Assembly: GCA_002360495.1 (NCBI GenBank) | Contig: DEQO01000077.1 | Coordinates: 11,572 to 75,571 of the forward strand | DNA: 64,000 nucleotides | Reading direction: 5' to 3' | Source of the DNA: Flavobacteriales bacterium UBA3364 | GTDB taxonomy: Bacteria; Bacteroidota; Bacteroidia; Flavobacteriales_F; PHOS-HE28 | Notes under the pieces: model-generated | Told to the model about the DNA's origin: nothing | What the model saw: only the letters and a program-made list of their open reading frames with translations | Database searches by the model: none | In this document: in pieces, positions 9,843 to 19,265 of the stretch | Position numbering within the stretch: position 1 is the first letter of the stretch | Layout: each line of letters begins with the position of its first letter | Program-made: the position numbers and the translations under genes

Positions 9843-10670
9843 TCAATTCCTGTTGCGCTGGAACCAGTCGATCATGTTGCGCTGCTTCTCTTCATCCGTT
9901 CCCTTCCCTTGCACAGCATCGCGGTAGGTACCATACATCGGATTGGGAAGCAGGATGAAGTAGCGTGCGAGCGTATCGGCCATGAGATCCACGGTGTTCT
10001 TTCCATCGTTCACCGTTCGGTCCTTGAACCGCTCATCGAAGTCGCGGAGTTGATCGCCTACCAGGAGAACGACATGGTTGTCGTTCGCGACGCGGGCCCG
10101 TCGTTCGGTCTTATCGCTGGTGCCTTCCATCAACAACAGGTGCTTTTCGTCCGCATCGGGGAATTTCAGGCTATCCAGGTTCTTGAGCGTTGTGGCCTTC
10201 TCACGGATATCGCGGTTCGTGATGTAATAGATGTGGCAGCCGAGGCCATGCGCATACGTCAGGAATTCCACGGCTCCGGGGATCGCGGCTGCCTTTGAAC
10301 GATCGGTCCATTCCTTCCAGGTGGCCTGATCGAAGATGCGACCGTCCGCAGCGGCATCGACCTGGTATGGGCTGTTGTCCAGGACCGTTTCATCGATGTC
10401 CACGATCACGGCAGGGGGGCGCTTATCCGCGACCTTGAGGTTCTCCGTCAGTCGCAAGCGTGCGAGTTCATAGCCTTGTTGTTGGAGCCGGTACGCTTCC
10501 GCGGAAGCGTGTTGCCAGAGCACAGCATCATATCCGTAGTGCGATAACGATGCCGCATGATCGATGGCCGGCGGCGGTTCGGGCGGAAGTGGCGTTGCTT
10601 CCACCAACTTCTGCTGGCGGCTGCACGCCACAATGGAAACGCCGATCGCGGCGATGAGCACTCGGTTCAT
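9843..10670 (-). CDS. Class C acid phosphatase / 5'-nucleotidase lipoprotein e(P4) family (HAD IIIB)
   Basis: 275 aa. It has a lipobox-like N-terminus (IVAC), the DIDETVLDN motif and a distal GDQLRDF motif. Confidence 0.85.
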   Translation of the reverse strand: MNRVLIAAIGVSIVACSRQQKLVEATPLPPEPPPAIDHAASLSHYGYDAVLWQHASAEAYRLQQQGYELARLRLTENLKVADKRPPAVIVDIDETVLDNSPYQVDAAADGRIFDQATWKEWTDRSKAAAIPGAVEFLTYAHGLGCHIYYITNRDIREKATTLKNLDSLKFPDADEKHLLLMEGTSDKTERRARVANDNHVVLLVGDQLRDFDERFKDRTVNDGKNTVDLMADTLARYFILLPNPMYGTYRDAVQGKGTDEEKQRNMIDWFQRNRN

Positions 10671-10682
10671 TGCGTTCTTGGT

Positions 10683-11645
10683 TCAATCCAACCGGTAGGG
10701 ACCTTCCTCGTCCACACCATTGAGCATGTCAAGATAACTCCTGTAACGGCTCTCCGCGATCTCGCCGCTCTCAACCGCCGTTCGAATGGCGCAGCCCGGC
10801 TCGTCCTTGTGCAAACAGTCGTTGAAACGGCATCCACCCTTGCGTTCGAACATCTCGGGGAACTGATCGCCGATGTGCTCGGTGCGCATATCGACCAAGC
10901 CGAACCCCTTGATGCCCGGCGTATCGATGATGAAGGTCGGCGATGTCACCGTACCGCCCTGGATCCGCAGTTCATACATCTCCGCATTGGTCGTGGTGTG
11001 CTGGCCTTTGTCGCTCGAAGCGCTCACCTCGTAGGTCCACAGGTCCAATGCCGGGTCTATGGCGTTGATCAACGTGCTCTTCCCCACACCGCTGTGACCG
11101 GCCAACAACGTGACCTTGCCGACGAGCAGGTCCTTCACTTCCTTGATGCCCTTGCCTGTCAATGCGGCGGTCATCAGCACGCGATAGCCCGCTTGCTGGT
11201 AGGTATCGACCAGATCGATCATCCGGTCCTGTTCGTCCTCGTCCAGATCGTCGATCTTGTTCACCACCACGATGGCAGGTATCTGGTACGCCTCGGCGGT
11301 CACCAGGAACCGGTCGATGAAGCCGTACGAGGTACGCGGCCGGGCAAGGGTGACCATGATCATGGCCTGGTCCAGGTTGGCGGCGATCACGTGCTTGTGG
11401 TGGGAGAGGTTCACGCTGCGGCGCACGATGTAGTTCTTCCGGTCGTGCAATTCCAGGATGGATCCCACCTCCTCGGCATTGAGCTGCGGCAGGAGATCGA
11501 CGCGATCGCCGACCGCCAGCGGGTTCGTGCTCCCCCATCCCTTGATGCGTAGGTTGCCCTTGGCCACACATTCGTGCAGCTTGCCATCATCACCCCGAAC
11601 GAGGTAGCGACTTCCGGTGGAGCGCATGACGAGGCCCTGGAGCAT
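10683..11645 (-). CDS. rsgA: Ribosome small-subunit-dependent GTPase A
   Basis: I chose the start MLQGLVMRSTGSRYLV (ATG at 11645) by analogy to RsgA N-termini. The protein has VNKIDL-type G4, GHSGVGKSTLIN G1 and a C-terminal CxH..EPGC zinc knuckle. Confidence 0.9.
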   Translation of the reverse strand: MLQGLVMRSTGSRYLVRGDDGKLHECVAKGNLRIKGWGSTNPLAVGDRVDLLPQLNAEEVGSILELHDRKNYIVRRSVNLSHHKHVIAANLDQAMIMVTLARPRTSYGFIDRFLVTAEAYQIPAIVVVNKIDDLDEDEQDRMIDLVDTYQQAGYRVLMTAALTGKGIKEVKDLLVGKVTLLAGHSGVGKSTLINAIDPALDLWTYEVSASSDKGQHTTTNAEMYELRIQGGTVTSPTFIIDTPGIKGFGLVDMRTEHIGDQFPEMFERKGGCRFNDCLHKDEPGCAIRTAVESGEIAESRYRSYLDMLNGVDEEGPYRLD

Positions 11646-11860
11646 GGGGTGCAAAGGTGCGCTACGGCGCAAGATCATGGACCGGGGCCATTTCGGGAAG
11701 AAGGCTGTTTCGCAGGGGACTGGAGGAGACTATCGTCACTTAAGGGCTGTTCGGTTGAAGAACAGTGCTTGCATTTGCGTCCAGCACCATGTCCGTCCGT
11801 TGGCATGGCCATAAGGGTCGAGGCATTGGGCGCAGCCGCTCCTCGGATACCTTTGCTCCG

Positions 11861-12775
11861 ATGTCGATATCCATCAGCAACATCACGAAGACCTACGGCA
11901 CGCAGAAGGCGTTGGACGATGTTTCGTTCAGCGTGGGCAGTGGTGAGGTTGTTGGATTCCTCGGGCCCAACGGCGCGGGGAAGAGTACGATGATGAAGAT
12001 CATCACCTGCTTCCTTCCACCGAATGCCGGCAAGGCCACGGTCTGCGGGTTCGACACAGCGACCGACAGCCTGAAGGTGCGCCGCAACGTGGGCTACCTG
12101 CCCGAACACAATCCGCTCTACCTGGATCTTTACGTAAAGGAGTACCTGGATTTCGTAGCCGGCCTGCATGGGTTGAAGGACCGTACTGCGCGTGTCCGCA
12201 CCATGATCGAAAAGGTGGGCTTGGGACCGGAGCAGCACAAGCGGATCGGCGCCTTGAGCAAGGGCTATCGCCAACGGGTGGGTCTGGCGCAAGCGATGAT
12301 CCACGACCCGCAGGTATTGATCCTTGACGAGCCTACCAGTGGATTGGACCCGAACCAGTTGGTCGAAGTGCGGGCGTTGATCAAGGAGATCGGGAAGGAA
12401 CGTACCGTGCTGCTGAGCACGCACATCATGCAGGAGGTGGAAGCCATCTGCGACCGGGTGATCATCATCGATCACGGCAAAGTGGTCGCGGACGACAAAG
12501 CCAGCACCTTGCGCAGCGGTGCCCAACAACGCGAAGGCTTGGAGGTGGAGTTCGATCGCGATGTGCATGCGAACCTGTTGCTCAACATCCCCGGTGTACT
12601 CCAAGCCCAGCGCAAACAAGGCCACGCTTGGATACTCGCGCATGATGCCGCGCGGGATGTGCGCCCGGCCGTGTTCCAGTTCGCCGTGGAGAACGGCTTG
12701 CAGGTCTTGGGCCTGCAGAAGATCGAACGCGGTTTGGAAGAAGTGTTCAAGGAACTGACACGGTCCGGCAACTGA
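11861..12775 (+). CDS. gldA: ABC transporter ATP-binding protein, gliding-motility GldA type
   Basis: 304 aa starting MSISISNITKTYG. It has Walker A (GPNGAGKST), the GldA-like block GYLPEHNPLYLDLYVKEYL, the LSKGYRQRV signature and Walker B (LILDEPTSGLD). An exact TACCTTTG box lies at 11848-11855. Confidence 0.85.
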   Translation: MSISISNITKTYGTQKALDDVSFSVGSGEVVGFLGPNGAGKSTMMKIITCFLPPNAGKATVCGFDTATDSLKVRRNVGYLPEHNPLYLDLYVKEYLDFVAGLHGLKDRTARVRTMIEKVGLGPEQHKRIGALSKGYRQRVGLAQAMIHDPQVLILDEPTSGLDPNQLVEVRALIKEIGKERTVLLSTHIMQEVEAICDRVIIIDHGKVVADDKASTLRSGAQQREGLEVEFDRDVHANLLLNIPGVLQAQRKQGHAWILAHDAARDVRPAVFQFAVENGLQVLGLQKIERGLEEVFKELTRSGN

Positions 12776-14316
12776 TGGGAGGTACGGGCCAGCAGCGCCT
12801 GATGCTCTGGGGCATTCCCGCTGTGCTCTTCTTGAGCGCGGTCTGGATGATGTGGACCCCCAGCTTCCCCACATTGGACGGGTGGACGCACTTGCATACC
12901 TCCCGTTTGCTGTTCGATGGTCACGACGATGGCGTCTATTGCAGCAATCCGGCGATGGTGCCGAATCGCGTCGGGCATCTGGTATTGGGTGCATTGCAAC
13001 TGGTGCTTCCGGCGCTGGTCGCCGAGCGCGTCCTGCTGGCCATCATCATACTCGGTATCGGACTTGGTGCATTGGCGCTGTCAAGGGCCTTCGGCGCAAA
13101 GGGCGGTGGAGGTCTGGTGCTCCTGGTGCTTCCGTTCACGGTCAACTTCCTGCTGGTATTGGGTTTCCACAATTTCCTTCTCGGTTTCGGGATGGCCTTG
13201 CTTCTGGCCGCATGGTGGGTGGCGCTGGAACGCATCGACTGGTGGAGAACGCTGGTGCTCCTGTTCTGTACACTGCTCCTTTTCTACACGCATACCATGG
13301 CCCTGGTGCTCTTCCTGCTGGTCGCCGGAACGCATGAGTGCACGGTTCTCATCGGTCTTCGTCAACGCATCGAGCTACGCCTCCCGGGTGCGCGGATCAA
13401 GGCCATGCTTCTTTTCATCCTTCCAGTACTCCCTGCCATCGTCCTCTTCCTCCTTTTCAATGCGACGCAACGCGCGGAGTGGGGAATGGTCGACCGCAGC
13501 GCGAACCTGCGCCAGCTCATGGACCTCCAAAGCCTGGTCCTATACGGGAAGGAGTCCGAGGAAAAGTTCACCTATGCGGTCAAACTGCTCCTGATCGCTG
13601 GCTTCGGCATTGCGATCGTCGGACGTGCACGGAGCGATGCCCCGTGGAAACCGCGCCACTGCGACGTCCCGTTGTCGATCGGGGTGCTTCTCCTGGTCCT
13701 CTATTTCGTGCTCCCTGATTCATCGGGTTATGCGAGCTATATCACCTTGCGTCTTCAATTGATGGCCCTTGTCCTTTTGATCACATGGATGGCGGCACAA
13801 CCCAATTCGATGGCCATCACATCGGGTCCCGTCGTGATGATCCTGTTGCTGCACAGCTCACGTTCCACTCACATCTCGGAGACCATGGCACCGCTCGCCG
13901 AACGGAGGGACCAACTGCTCCAAGCTGCGGACCAGCTGCCCAACGGAGCGATCGTACTTCCCATTTCCACCGAGGACAATTGGCTCCTGGGACATGCGTC
14001 GTCGTTGCTCGCCGTGGAACGTGAGGTGACGCTGTTGGACAACTACGAGTGCAACACCGGCTACTTCCCGCTGGTCTGGTGCTCCGGTCTGCCGGATGCG
14101 CTCCATGCACACGTCGGCGGTGGTGACCGCTGCCTGGGATGGCTGCAGGGCCATATCCAACAGAACGCAACCCCGCGCATCGACCGGATCGTCCTTTTCG
14201 GCTACGCGCAAGACACGATCTCCTGCGGTGCGAAGAACCTGAACAACGTACTGGCCGCGTATTTCCACCAAGGATATTCCAACGCTTACGCGAAGGTCTA
14301 CGAGCGCTTGCCGTGA
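12775..14316 (+). CDS. Polytopic membrane protein of unknown function with a C-terminal soluble domain
   Basis: 513 aa. About ten hydrophobic helices fill the first ~330 aa, followed by a ~150-aa hydrophilic tail. The start overlaps the gldA stop (TGATG). Confidence 0.65.
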   Translation: MGGTGQQRLMLWGIPAVLFLSAVWMMWTPSFPTLDGWTHLHTSRLLFDGHDDGVYCSNPAMVPNRVGHLVLGALQLVLPALVAERVLLAIIILGIGLGALALSRAFGAKGGGGLVLLVLPFTVNFLLVLGFHNFLLGFGMALLLAAWWVALERIDWWRTLVLLFCTLLLFYTHTMALVLFLLVAGTHECTVLIGLRQRIELRLPGARIKAMLLFILPVLPAIVLFLLFNATQRAEWGMVDRSANLRQLMDLQSLVLYGKESEEKFTYAVKLLLIAGFGIAIVGRARSDAPWKPRHCDVPLSIGVLLLVLYFVLPDSSGYASYITLRLQLMALVLLITWMAAQPNSMAITSGPVVMILLLHSSRSTHISETMAPLAERRDQLLQAADQLPNGAIVLPISTEDNWLLGHASSLLAVEREVTLLDNYECNTGYFPLVWCSGLPDALHAHVGGGDRCLGWLQGHIQQNATPRIDRIVLFGYAQDTISCGAKNLNNVLAAYFHQGYSNAYAKVYERLP

Positions 14317-14339
14317 ACGTCCGTTGAAGCCGTTGGGAC

Positions 14340-14948
14340 CTAGAACTTGTAGGTCAAGCCCAGGTTCAGCACCGCGATCCCATAGCCGAATTCAGCTTGG
14401 GCGGCGAAGTTGTCGCTGAAGTAGTAACGCGCTCCAAGGAAGCCGGTGAAGCTCATCCCGCTCGATGATGAATAGGTGTACTGCACGGCCCCCGCTGGGT
14501 AATTGGTGTTGTCCTTGAACGAAACACTCCGGTAAGCCAGCATCAGGCCACCATAGGTATCCCATTGATCGCTGCCATGCCAGTCATTGTAGTGCCAAAT
14601 GCCCCGTCCTCCGATGATGAGGTAGTTCCAAGTCCAATCGTAGGTGTAGGCGATGTTCCCATAGACGATACCGGTCTCCGACGAGAGGCTCTTGTAGCCG
14701 ACATACGCCCCAACACCCAGCACTCCGGGCCCCAGTTCCGTAACCCCTTGCTCATAGCTCAAGCCCAAGGCGGGCGTTTGCGCAGAATATGTGTTCGCTG
14801 CACTGTAGTTCCCACCGATCCCGATGTTGAAACCGACGAGTTTGTCACCGACATTGAACGACTGTGCATCAGCTACATCGACGCACATGATGATGCAAGC
14901 CAATGAACAGAGGGCGGAGCGGAAGAGGGGTGGGTGGTTGCGATACAT
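14340..14948 (-). CDS. Small outer-membrane beta-barrel protein
   Basis: The 202-aa product starts MYRNHPPLFRSALCSLACIIM (ATG at 14948) within the 14340..15413 ORF. It has Gly/Tyr-rich alternating strands and the terminal motif LGLTYKF. Confidence 0.7.
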   Translation of the reverse strand: MYRNHPPLFRSALCSLACIIMCVDVADAQSFNVGDKLVGFNIGIGGNYSAANTYSAQTPALGLSYEQGVTELGPGVLGVGAYVGYKSLSSETGIVYGNIAYTYDWTWNYLIIGGRGIWHYNDWHGSDQWDTYGGLMLAYRSVSFKDNTNYPAGAVQYTYSSSSGMSFTGFLGARYYFSDNFAAQAEFGYGIAVLNLGLTYKF

Positions 14949-15071
14949 GCCGCAAAACAACGGCCCGGACCGGTCCGATGAACGACTGCGGCCCGTGGGT
15001 TTTCCACAGTCCGGTCCCATGGTTGCCGGTCCAGCCGGAACTGTTTCCTTTGCAACCCTCAGAACAACCAT

Positions 15072-16331
15072 ATGCCCTACCTCTTCACGTCCGAGTCCGT
15101 CAGCGAAGGCCATCCCGACAAGGTCGCCGACCAGATCAGCGATGCCCTCATCGATCACTTCCTCGCCTTCGATCCGAGCAGCAAAGTGGCGTGTGAAACG
15201 CTCGTGACCACCGGCCAGGTGGTGCTTGCCGGCGAAGTGAAAAGCAAGGCCTACCTCGACGTTCAACAGATCGCGCGCGAGGTGATCGAGCGGATCGGTT
15301 ACACCAAGAGCGAGTACATGTTCGAGGCACATAGCTGCGGTGTGCTCAGCGCCATCCACGAGCAGAGCCCTGACATCAACCAAGGTGTTGAACGGAAGAA
15401 GCCGGAAGAGCAAGGCGCCGGCGACCAGGGGATGATGTTCGGCTACGCCTGCCGCGATACGGACAACTACATGCCGCTACCGTTGGAGATCAGCCATATG
15501 CTCCTGCGTGAACTTGCCGTGATCCGTCGCGAGAAGAACAGCAAGATGCCCTATCTGCGCCCCGACGCGAAGAGCCAGGTGACCATCGAATACGCCGACA
15601 ATGGCAAACCGCTCCGCATCGATGCGATCGTGGTCAGCACCCAGCATGACGACTTCGATGCCGAAGCGAAGATGCTCGCCAAGATCAAGAAGGACGTGAT
15701 CGAGATCCTGGTCCCTCGCGTGATGAAGCAACTGCCCAAGCGTGTCCAGGCGCTCTTCGGCAAGGACATCGCCTACCACATCAACCCTACCGGCAAGTTC
15801 GTGATCGGTGGTCCGCACGGCGACACCGGCCTCACCGGGCGCAAGATCATCGTGGACACGTACGGTGGCAAAGGCGCACACGGCGGTGGTGCATTCAGCG
15901 GCAAGGATCCAAGCAAGGTGGACCGTAGTGCGGCTTACGCGGCGCGCCATGTGGCCAAGCACCTTGTGGCCGCCGGTGTTTGTGATGAAGTGCTCGTACA
16001 GGTGGCCTACGCGATCGGCGTTGCCAAACCCGTGGGCTTCTATGTGAACACCTATGGCACCAGCAAGGTGAAGGTGAACGATGGACAGATAGCGAAGACC
16101 ATCAGCGGGCTGAAGGAGTTCGACATGCGTCCGTACTTCATCGAACAGCGTTTCGCTCTGCGCACACCGATATACAGCGAAACCGCCAGCTACGGGCACA
16201 TGGGCCGGGAAAGCAAAGTGGTGACCAAGACGTTCAGCAATGCCGGCCAGAAAGCGACCGTGAAAGTGAAGCTCTTCCCATGGGAGGAACTGAACGCGGT
16301 GGCCGTCGTCAAGAAGGCGTTCAAGCTCTGA
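15072..16331 (+). CDS. metK: S-adenosylmethionine synthetase
   Basis: 419 aa. It contains [37 protein letters not shown] and [19 protein letters not shown]. Confidence 0.97.
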   Translation: MPYLFTSESVSEGHPDKVADQISDALIDHFLAFDPSSKVACETLVTTGQVVLAGEVKSKAYLDVQQIAREVIERIGYTKSEYMFEAHSCGVLSAIHEQSPDINQGVERKKPEEQGAGDQGMMFGYACRDTDNYMPLPLEISHMLLRELAVIRREKNSKMPYLRPDAKSQVTIEYADNGKPLRIDAIVVSTQHDDFDAEAKMLAKIKKDVIEILVPRVMKQLPKRVQALFGKDIAYHINPTGKFVIGGPHGDTGLTGRKIIVDTYGGKGAHGGGAFSGKDPSKVDRSAAYAARHVAKHLVAAGVCDEVLVQVAYAIGVAKPVGFYVNTYGTSKVKVNDGQIAKTISGLKEFDMRPYFIEQRFALRTPIYSETASYGHMGRESKVVTKTFSNAGQKATVKVKLFPWEELNAVAVVKKAFKL

Positions 16332-16359
16332 TCGGCGCCGACAGGACCGCCAACGCATT

Positions 16360-16407
16360 ACAAGCCCCGGCTGGACAGGCGATTACGCCTTTTCAACCGG
16401 GGCTTGT
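16360..16407 (+). terminator. Hairpin after metK (candidate intrinsic terminator)
   Basis: The 11-bp perfect stem acaagccccgg (16360-16370) pairs with ccggggcttgt (16397-16407). The loop is long and there is no strong U-tract. Confidence 0.45.
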
Positions 16408-16433
16408 CAGTTCAACACGATCCGTTACATTTG
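16403..16433 (+). promoter_or_regulatory. Bacteroidota-type promoter for rplU-rpmA
   Basis: An exact -7 box TACATTTG (TAnnTTTG) sits at 16426-16433 with a TTG at 16404-16406, 19 nt upstream. The rplU ATG is at 16457. Confidence 0.4.
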
Positions 16434-16456
16434 CAGCCCATTTCCGAGGAAAGACC

Positions 16457-16969
16457 ATGTACGCCATCGTTGATATCGCCGGCCAGCAGTTCAAAGTGAC
16501 CAAGGCCCAGAAGCTGAAAGTTCATCGCCTCGAAGCTGAAGAAGGCAAGCATGTGGAACTGGACAACGTTCTCCTCGTGAGCGATGGCAAGACCATCAGC
16601 GTAGGAACCCCGAAAGTGGACGGCTTCCGTATCGCCGCCAAGGTGATGGGCCACACGCAGGGCGACAAAGTGCTGGTGTTCAAGAAGAAACGCCGCAAGG
16701 GTTACCAGAAGCTGAACGGGCACCGGCAGCAGTTGACGGAACTCTGGATCGAAGCGATCCTGGGCAAGGGCGAGAAATTCGACGCCAGCAAGAGCAGCGC
16801 TCCTGCACCACGCGCCGTGCGGAGCGCCGAGCCGAAGGCCAAGAAGTCCGTTGCGGCCGAAGCAGCACCCAAGAAGGTCGCCGCCAAGAGATCCGCTCCT
16901 GCGAAGGCAGCAGCTCCCAAAAAGGCAGCCGCCAAGAAGGCCGCTCCGAAGAAAGACGACAAGAAGTAA
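16457..16969 (+). CDS. rplU: 50S ribosomal protein L21 with a Lys/Ala/Pro-rich C-terminal tail
   Basis: It starts MYAIVDIAGQQFKV (ATG at 16457) inside ORF 16280..16969. A canonical ~103-aa L21 core is followed by a ~65-aa AKKA-type tail. Confidence 0.93.
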   Translation: MYAIVDIAGQQFKVTKAQKLKVHRLEAEEGKHVELDNVLLVSDGKTISVGTPKVDGFRIAAKVMGHTQGDKVLVFKKKRRKGYQKLNGHRQQLTELWIEAILGKGEKFDASKSSAPAPRAVRSAEPKAKKSVAAEAAPKKVAAKRSAPAKAAAPKKAAAKKAAPKKDDKK

Positions 16970-17021
16970 GCGCTAATATCACGAGAAGCCGGATCAAGTC
17001 CGGCGCGACACCCACACAGCC

Positions 17022-17288
17022 ATGGCACACAAGAAAGGTGAAGGCAGTACCCAGAACGGCCGCGAATCGCACTCGAAGCGACTTGGGATCAAATTGTTCG
17101 GTGGCCAGGACGCCATCGCAGGCAACATCATCGTGCGCCAGCGCGGTACCAAGCACCACCCCGGTCGTAACGTGGGTATCGGCGTGGACCACACCCTGTA
17201 TGCCACCGCCGATGGGGTGGTCACCTTCCAGAAGAAGCGTGGCGACCGCAGCGTGGTGAGCGTGCTACCTGCCGTATCGAAGGACTAA
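17022..17288 (+). CDS. rpmA: 50S ribosomal protein L27
   Basis: 88 aa, reading [24 protein letters not shown] ... [10 protein letters not shown]. Confidence 0.96.
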   Translation: MAHKKGEGSTQNGRESHSKRLGIKLFGGQDAIAGNIIVRQRGTKHHPGRNVGIGVDHTLYATADGVVTFQKKRGDRSVVSVLPAVSKD

Positions 17289-17303
17289 GGAACCGATCTT
17301 ATC

Positions 17304-17336
17304 GAAAGGCCTTCCCGTCCTACGGGAGGGCCTTTC
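17304..17336 (+). terminator. Intrinsic terminator after rpmA
   Basis: gaaaggccttcccgt / acgggagggcctttc forms a 15-bp stem (one G-U pair) with a 3-nt loop, followed by tcatt. Confidence 0.7.
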
Positions 17337-17427
17337 TCATTCCACCCTGTTGACTTTCCGGAACGGGTCCGCAGATCGGCTCCCATCCGCCCCGCTACCT
17401 TTACGTACCCAAAGAAACCCGCCGTCC

Positions 17428-18702
17428 ATGCTGGAGTTGACGTTCCTGAGAGAGCACCGTGAAGAGGCCGAACAACGGTTGTTGAAACGCAACATCGATG
17501 CGAGATCGTTGTTGGACCAAGCCAGTTCCCTGGACGAAAAACGCCGTTCCACGCAGCAGGAGTTGGATGCCCGCCTGGCCGAGCTCAACGGCCTGAGCCG
17601 CACGATCGGTGATCTGATGAGGACGGGGAAGAAAGAGGAAGCGGAAGCCGCACGCGCGAAGACCACTGAACTGAAGGCCACGGCCGCATCGCTGAAGGAA
17701 CAGTTGGAAGCCGTGGAGAAAGCATTGCACGATCACCTGTGCACGATCCCGAACGCCCCAAGCAAGAACGTACCTCCGGGCCGAACGCCGGAAGAGAACG
17801 TCACCGTGATGCAGGAAGGTGCGATCCCCACGCTCCACGCCGGGGCCAGGCCGCACTGGGAACTGGGAGAGGAATACGGCTTCCTGCACATGGACCTGGG
17901 CGTGAAAGTGACCGGTGCCGGCTTTCCTGTGTACAGCGGCCAAGGCGCCAAACTGCAGCGCGCGTTGATCAGCTTCTTCCTGGACCGTGCCATTGCTGCC
18001 GGGTATCGCGAGATCATCCCGCCGCACATGGTGAACGCCGATAGCGCCTTCGGGACCGGACAACTCCCGGACAAGGAGGGCCAGATGTACCACGCCACGG
18101 TGGATGGACTGTACCTGATCCCCACGGCGGAAGTGCCCATCACGAACTTGTACCGCGACGAGATCGTGGATGCCGCGCAACTGCCCGTCAAAATGGTCGG
18201 CTACACACCCTGCTTCCGCCGCGAAGCCGGTAGCTATGGCGCGCATGTTCGTGGACTGAACCGCGTCCACCAGTTCGACAAAGTGGAGATCGTCCGCATC
18301 GAGAAACCGGAGAACAGCTACGCCGTGCTGGATGAGATGGTGGAGCATGTGAAAGGATTGCTGCGTGCCTTGGAACTCCCCTACCGCCAACTGTTGCTCT
18401 GTGGTGGTGACATGGGTTTCAGCAGCGCAATGACCTACGACATGGAGGTCTATTCCGCTGCACAGGAGCGCTGGCTGGAGGTGAGCTCCATCAGCAACTT
18501 CGAGACCTACCAAAGCAACAGGTTGAAACTGCGCTACCGTGGCGAGGACAAGAAGCCGCGCCTTGCCCACACCCTGAACGGCAGCGCCCTTGCCTTGGCC
18601 CGCATCGTGGCAGCCCTGCTGGAGAACAACCAGACACCGGAAGGCATACGCATCCCGGAAGCCTTACAGGCGTACACCGGCTTCGCCATGATCCATAAAT
18701 GA
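17428..18702 (+). CDS. serS: Seryl-tRNA synthetase
   Basis: 424 aa starting MLELTFLREHREEAEQRL (ATG at 17428). It has an N-terminal coiled-coil arm and class II motifs (FRREAGS, GSALA). Confidence 0.95.
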   Translation: MLELTFLREHREEAEQRLLKRNIDARSLLDQASSLDEKRRSTQQELDARLAELNGLSRTIGDLMRTGKKEEAEAARAKTTELKATAASLKEQLEAVEKALHDHLCTIPNAPSKNVPPGRTPEENVTVMQEGAIPTLHAGARPHWELGEEYGFLHMDLGVKVTGAGFPVYSGQGAKLQRALISFFLDRAIAAGYREIIPPHMVNADSAFGTGQLPDKEGQMYHATVDGLYLIPTAEVPITNLYRDEIVDAAQLPVKMVGYTPCFRREAGSYGAHVRGLNRVHQFDKVEIVRIEKPENSYAVLDEMVEHVKGLLRALELPYRQLLLCGGDMGFSSAMTYDMEVYSAAQERWLEVSSISNFETYQSNRLKLRYRGEDKKPRLAHTLNGSALALARIVAALLENNQTPEGIRIPEALQAYTGFAMIHK

Positions 18703-19265
18703 ACCTGAACAGTGGCATACTGTTCGCGGTATCGGCCGCGTTGTTCCTCAGCACATCGGTCAGTTCCTGCAAACGCACGGCCGACCCTCGCCGGATCGCC
18801 ACTGTGGACAGCCTGATCAACGCCGTGGAAGCCGTACGCCTCACCTTGAACGAACTCGACACGGATCGCTATGCGGACGCTCAGGCGATCTTTCGATCCA
18901 GGTCCGCGCTTTTCCTGGAACGCTTCAACGATACACTGGACAAACCAACAGCTGCGATCCTCGGAGAGCAGTTCGTCCAACTCCGCGAAAGTGCTCACCG
19001 TGCAGCGGATCACCGGATGATGCTGGATGCCGCACAACGGACCGCGATCCGCCTGAAAGAACTGCAACAGGATATGATCCATGTCGCCCTGCCGGAGGAG
19101 GGAACGAGGACGGCGTTGGTCCAGGAAACAGCCGTTGTCGAAGGGATCGAGAACGGAGTAATGCAGGTGATCGCGAACTATCAAGCCAATCACCGTGTAC
19201 TTGAACACCAGGCATCGGTGGACAGCCTCCTCGCAGACACACTCCCCGAACGCCGGACCCGATGA
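18699..19265 (+). CDS. Hypothetical lipoprotein
   Basis: 188 aa. It has a signal peptide with a lipobox-like VSSC. The start overlaps the serS stop in ATGA. Confidence 0.6.
   Translation: MNLNSGILFAVSAALFLSTSVSSCKRTADPRRIATVDSLINAVEAVRLTLNELDTDRYADAQAIFRSRSALFLERFNDTLDKPTAAILGEQFVQLRESAHRAADHRMMLDAAQRTAIRLKELQQDMIHVALPEEGTRTALVQETAVVEGIENGVMQVIANYQANHRVLEHQASVDSLLADTLPERRTR

Noticed and set aside
14949-15071. A possible SAM riboswitch in the metK leader. The region contains a GCAACCCTC-like word, three CCGGTCC words and a CGGACCGGTCCG palindrome.
   Set aside because: The conserved SAM-I blocks (GGUGGAGGG, AUGAA, GGUGCCAAUUCC, P1) are absent. A TTG-N19-TTCCTTTG promoter-like element at 15023-15052 leaves only ~15-20 nt of 5' UTR. 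The CCGGTCC repeats may be a protein-binding site, but I cannot support that.
16766-16966. Repetitive GC(C/A)AAGAAG-type DNA that might be a tandem repeat array.
   Set aside because: It is in frame with rplU and simply encodes the Lys/Ala-rich tail. There is no unit-length periodicity beyond codon-level low complexity.
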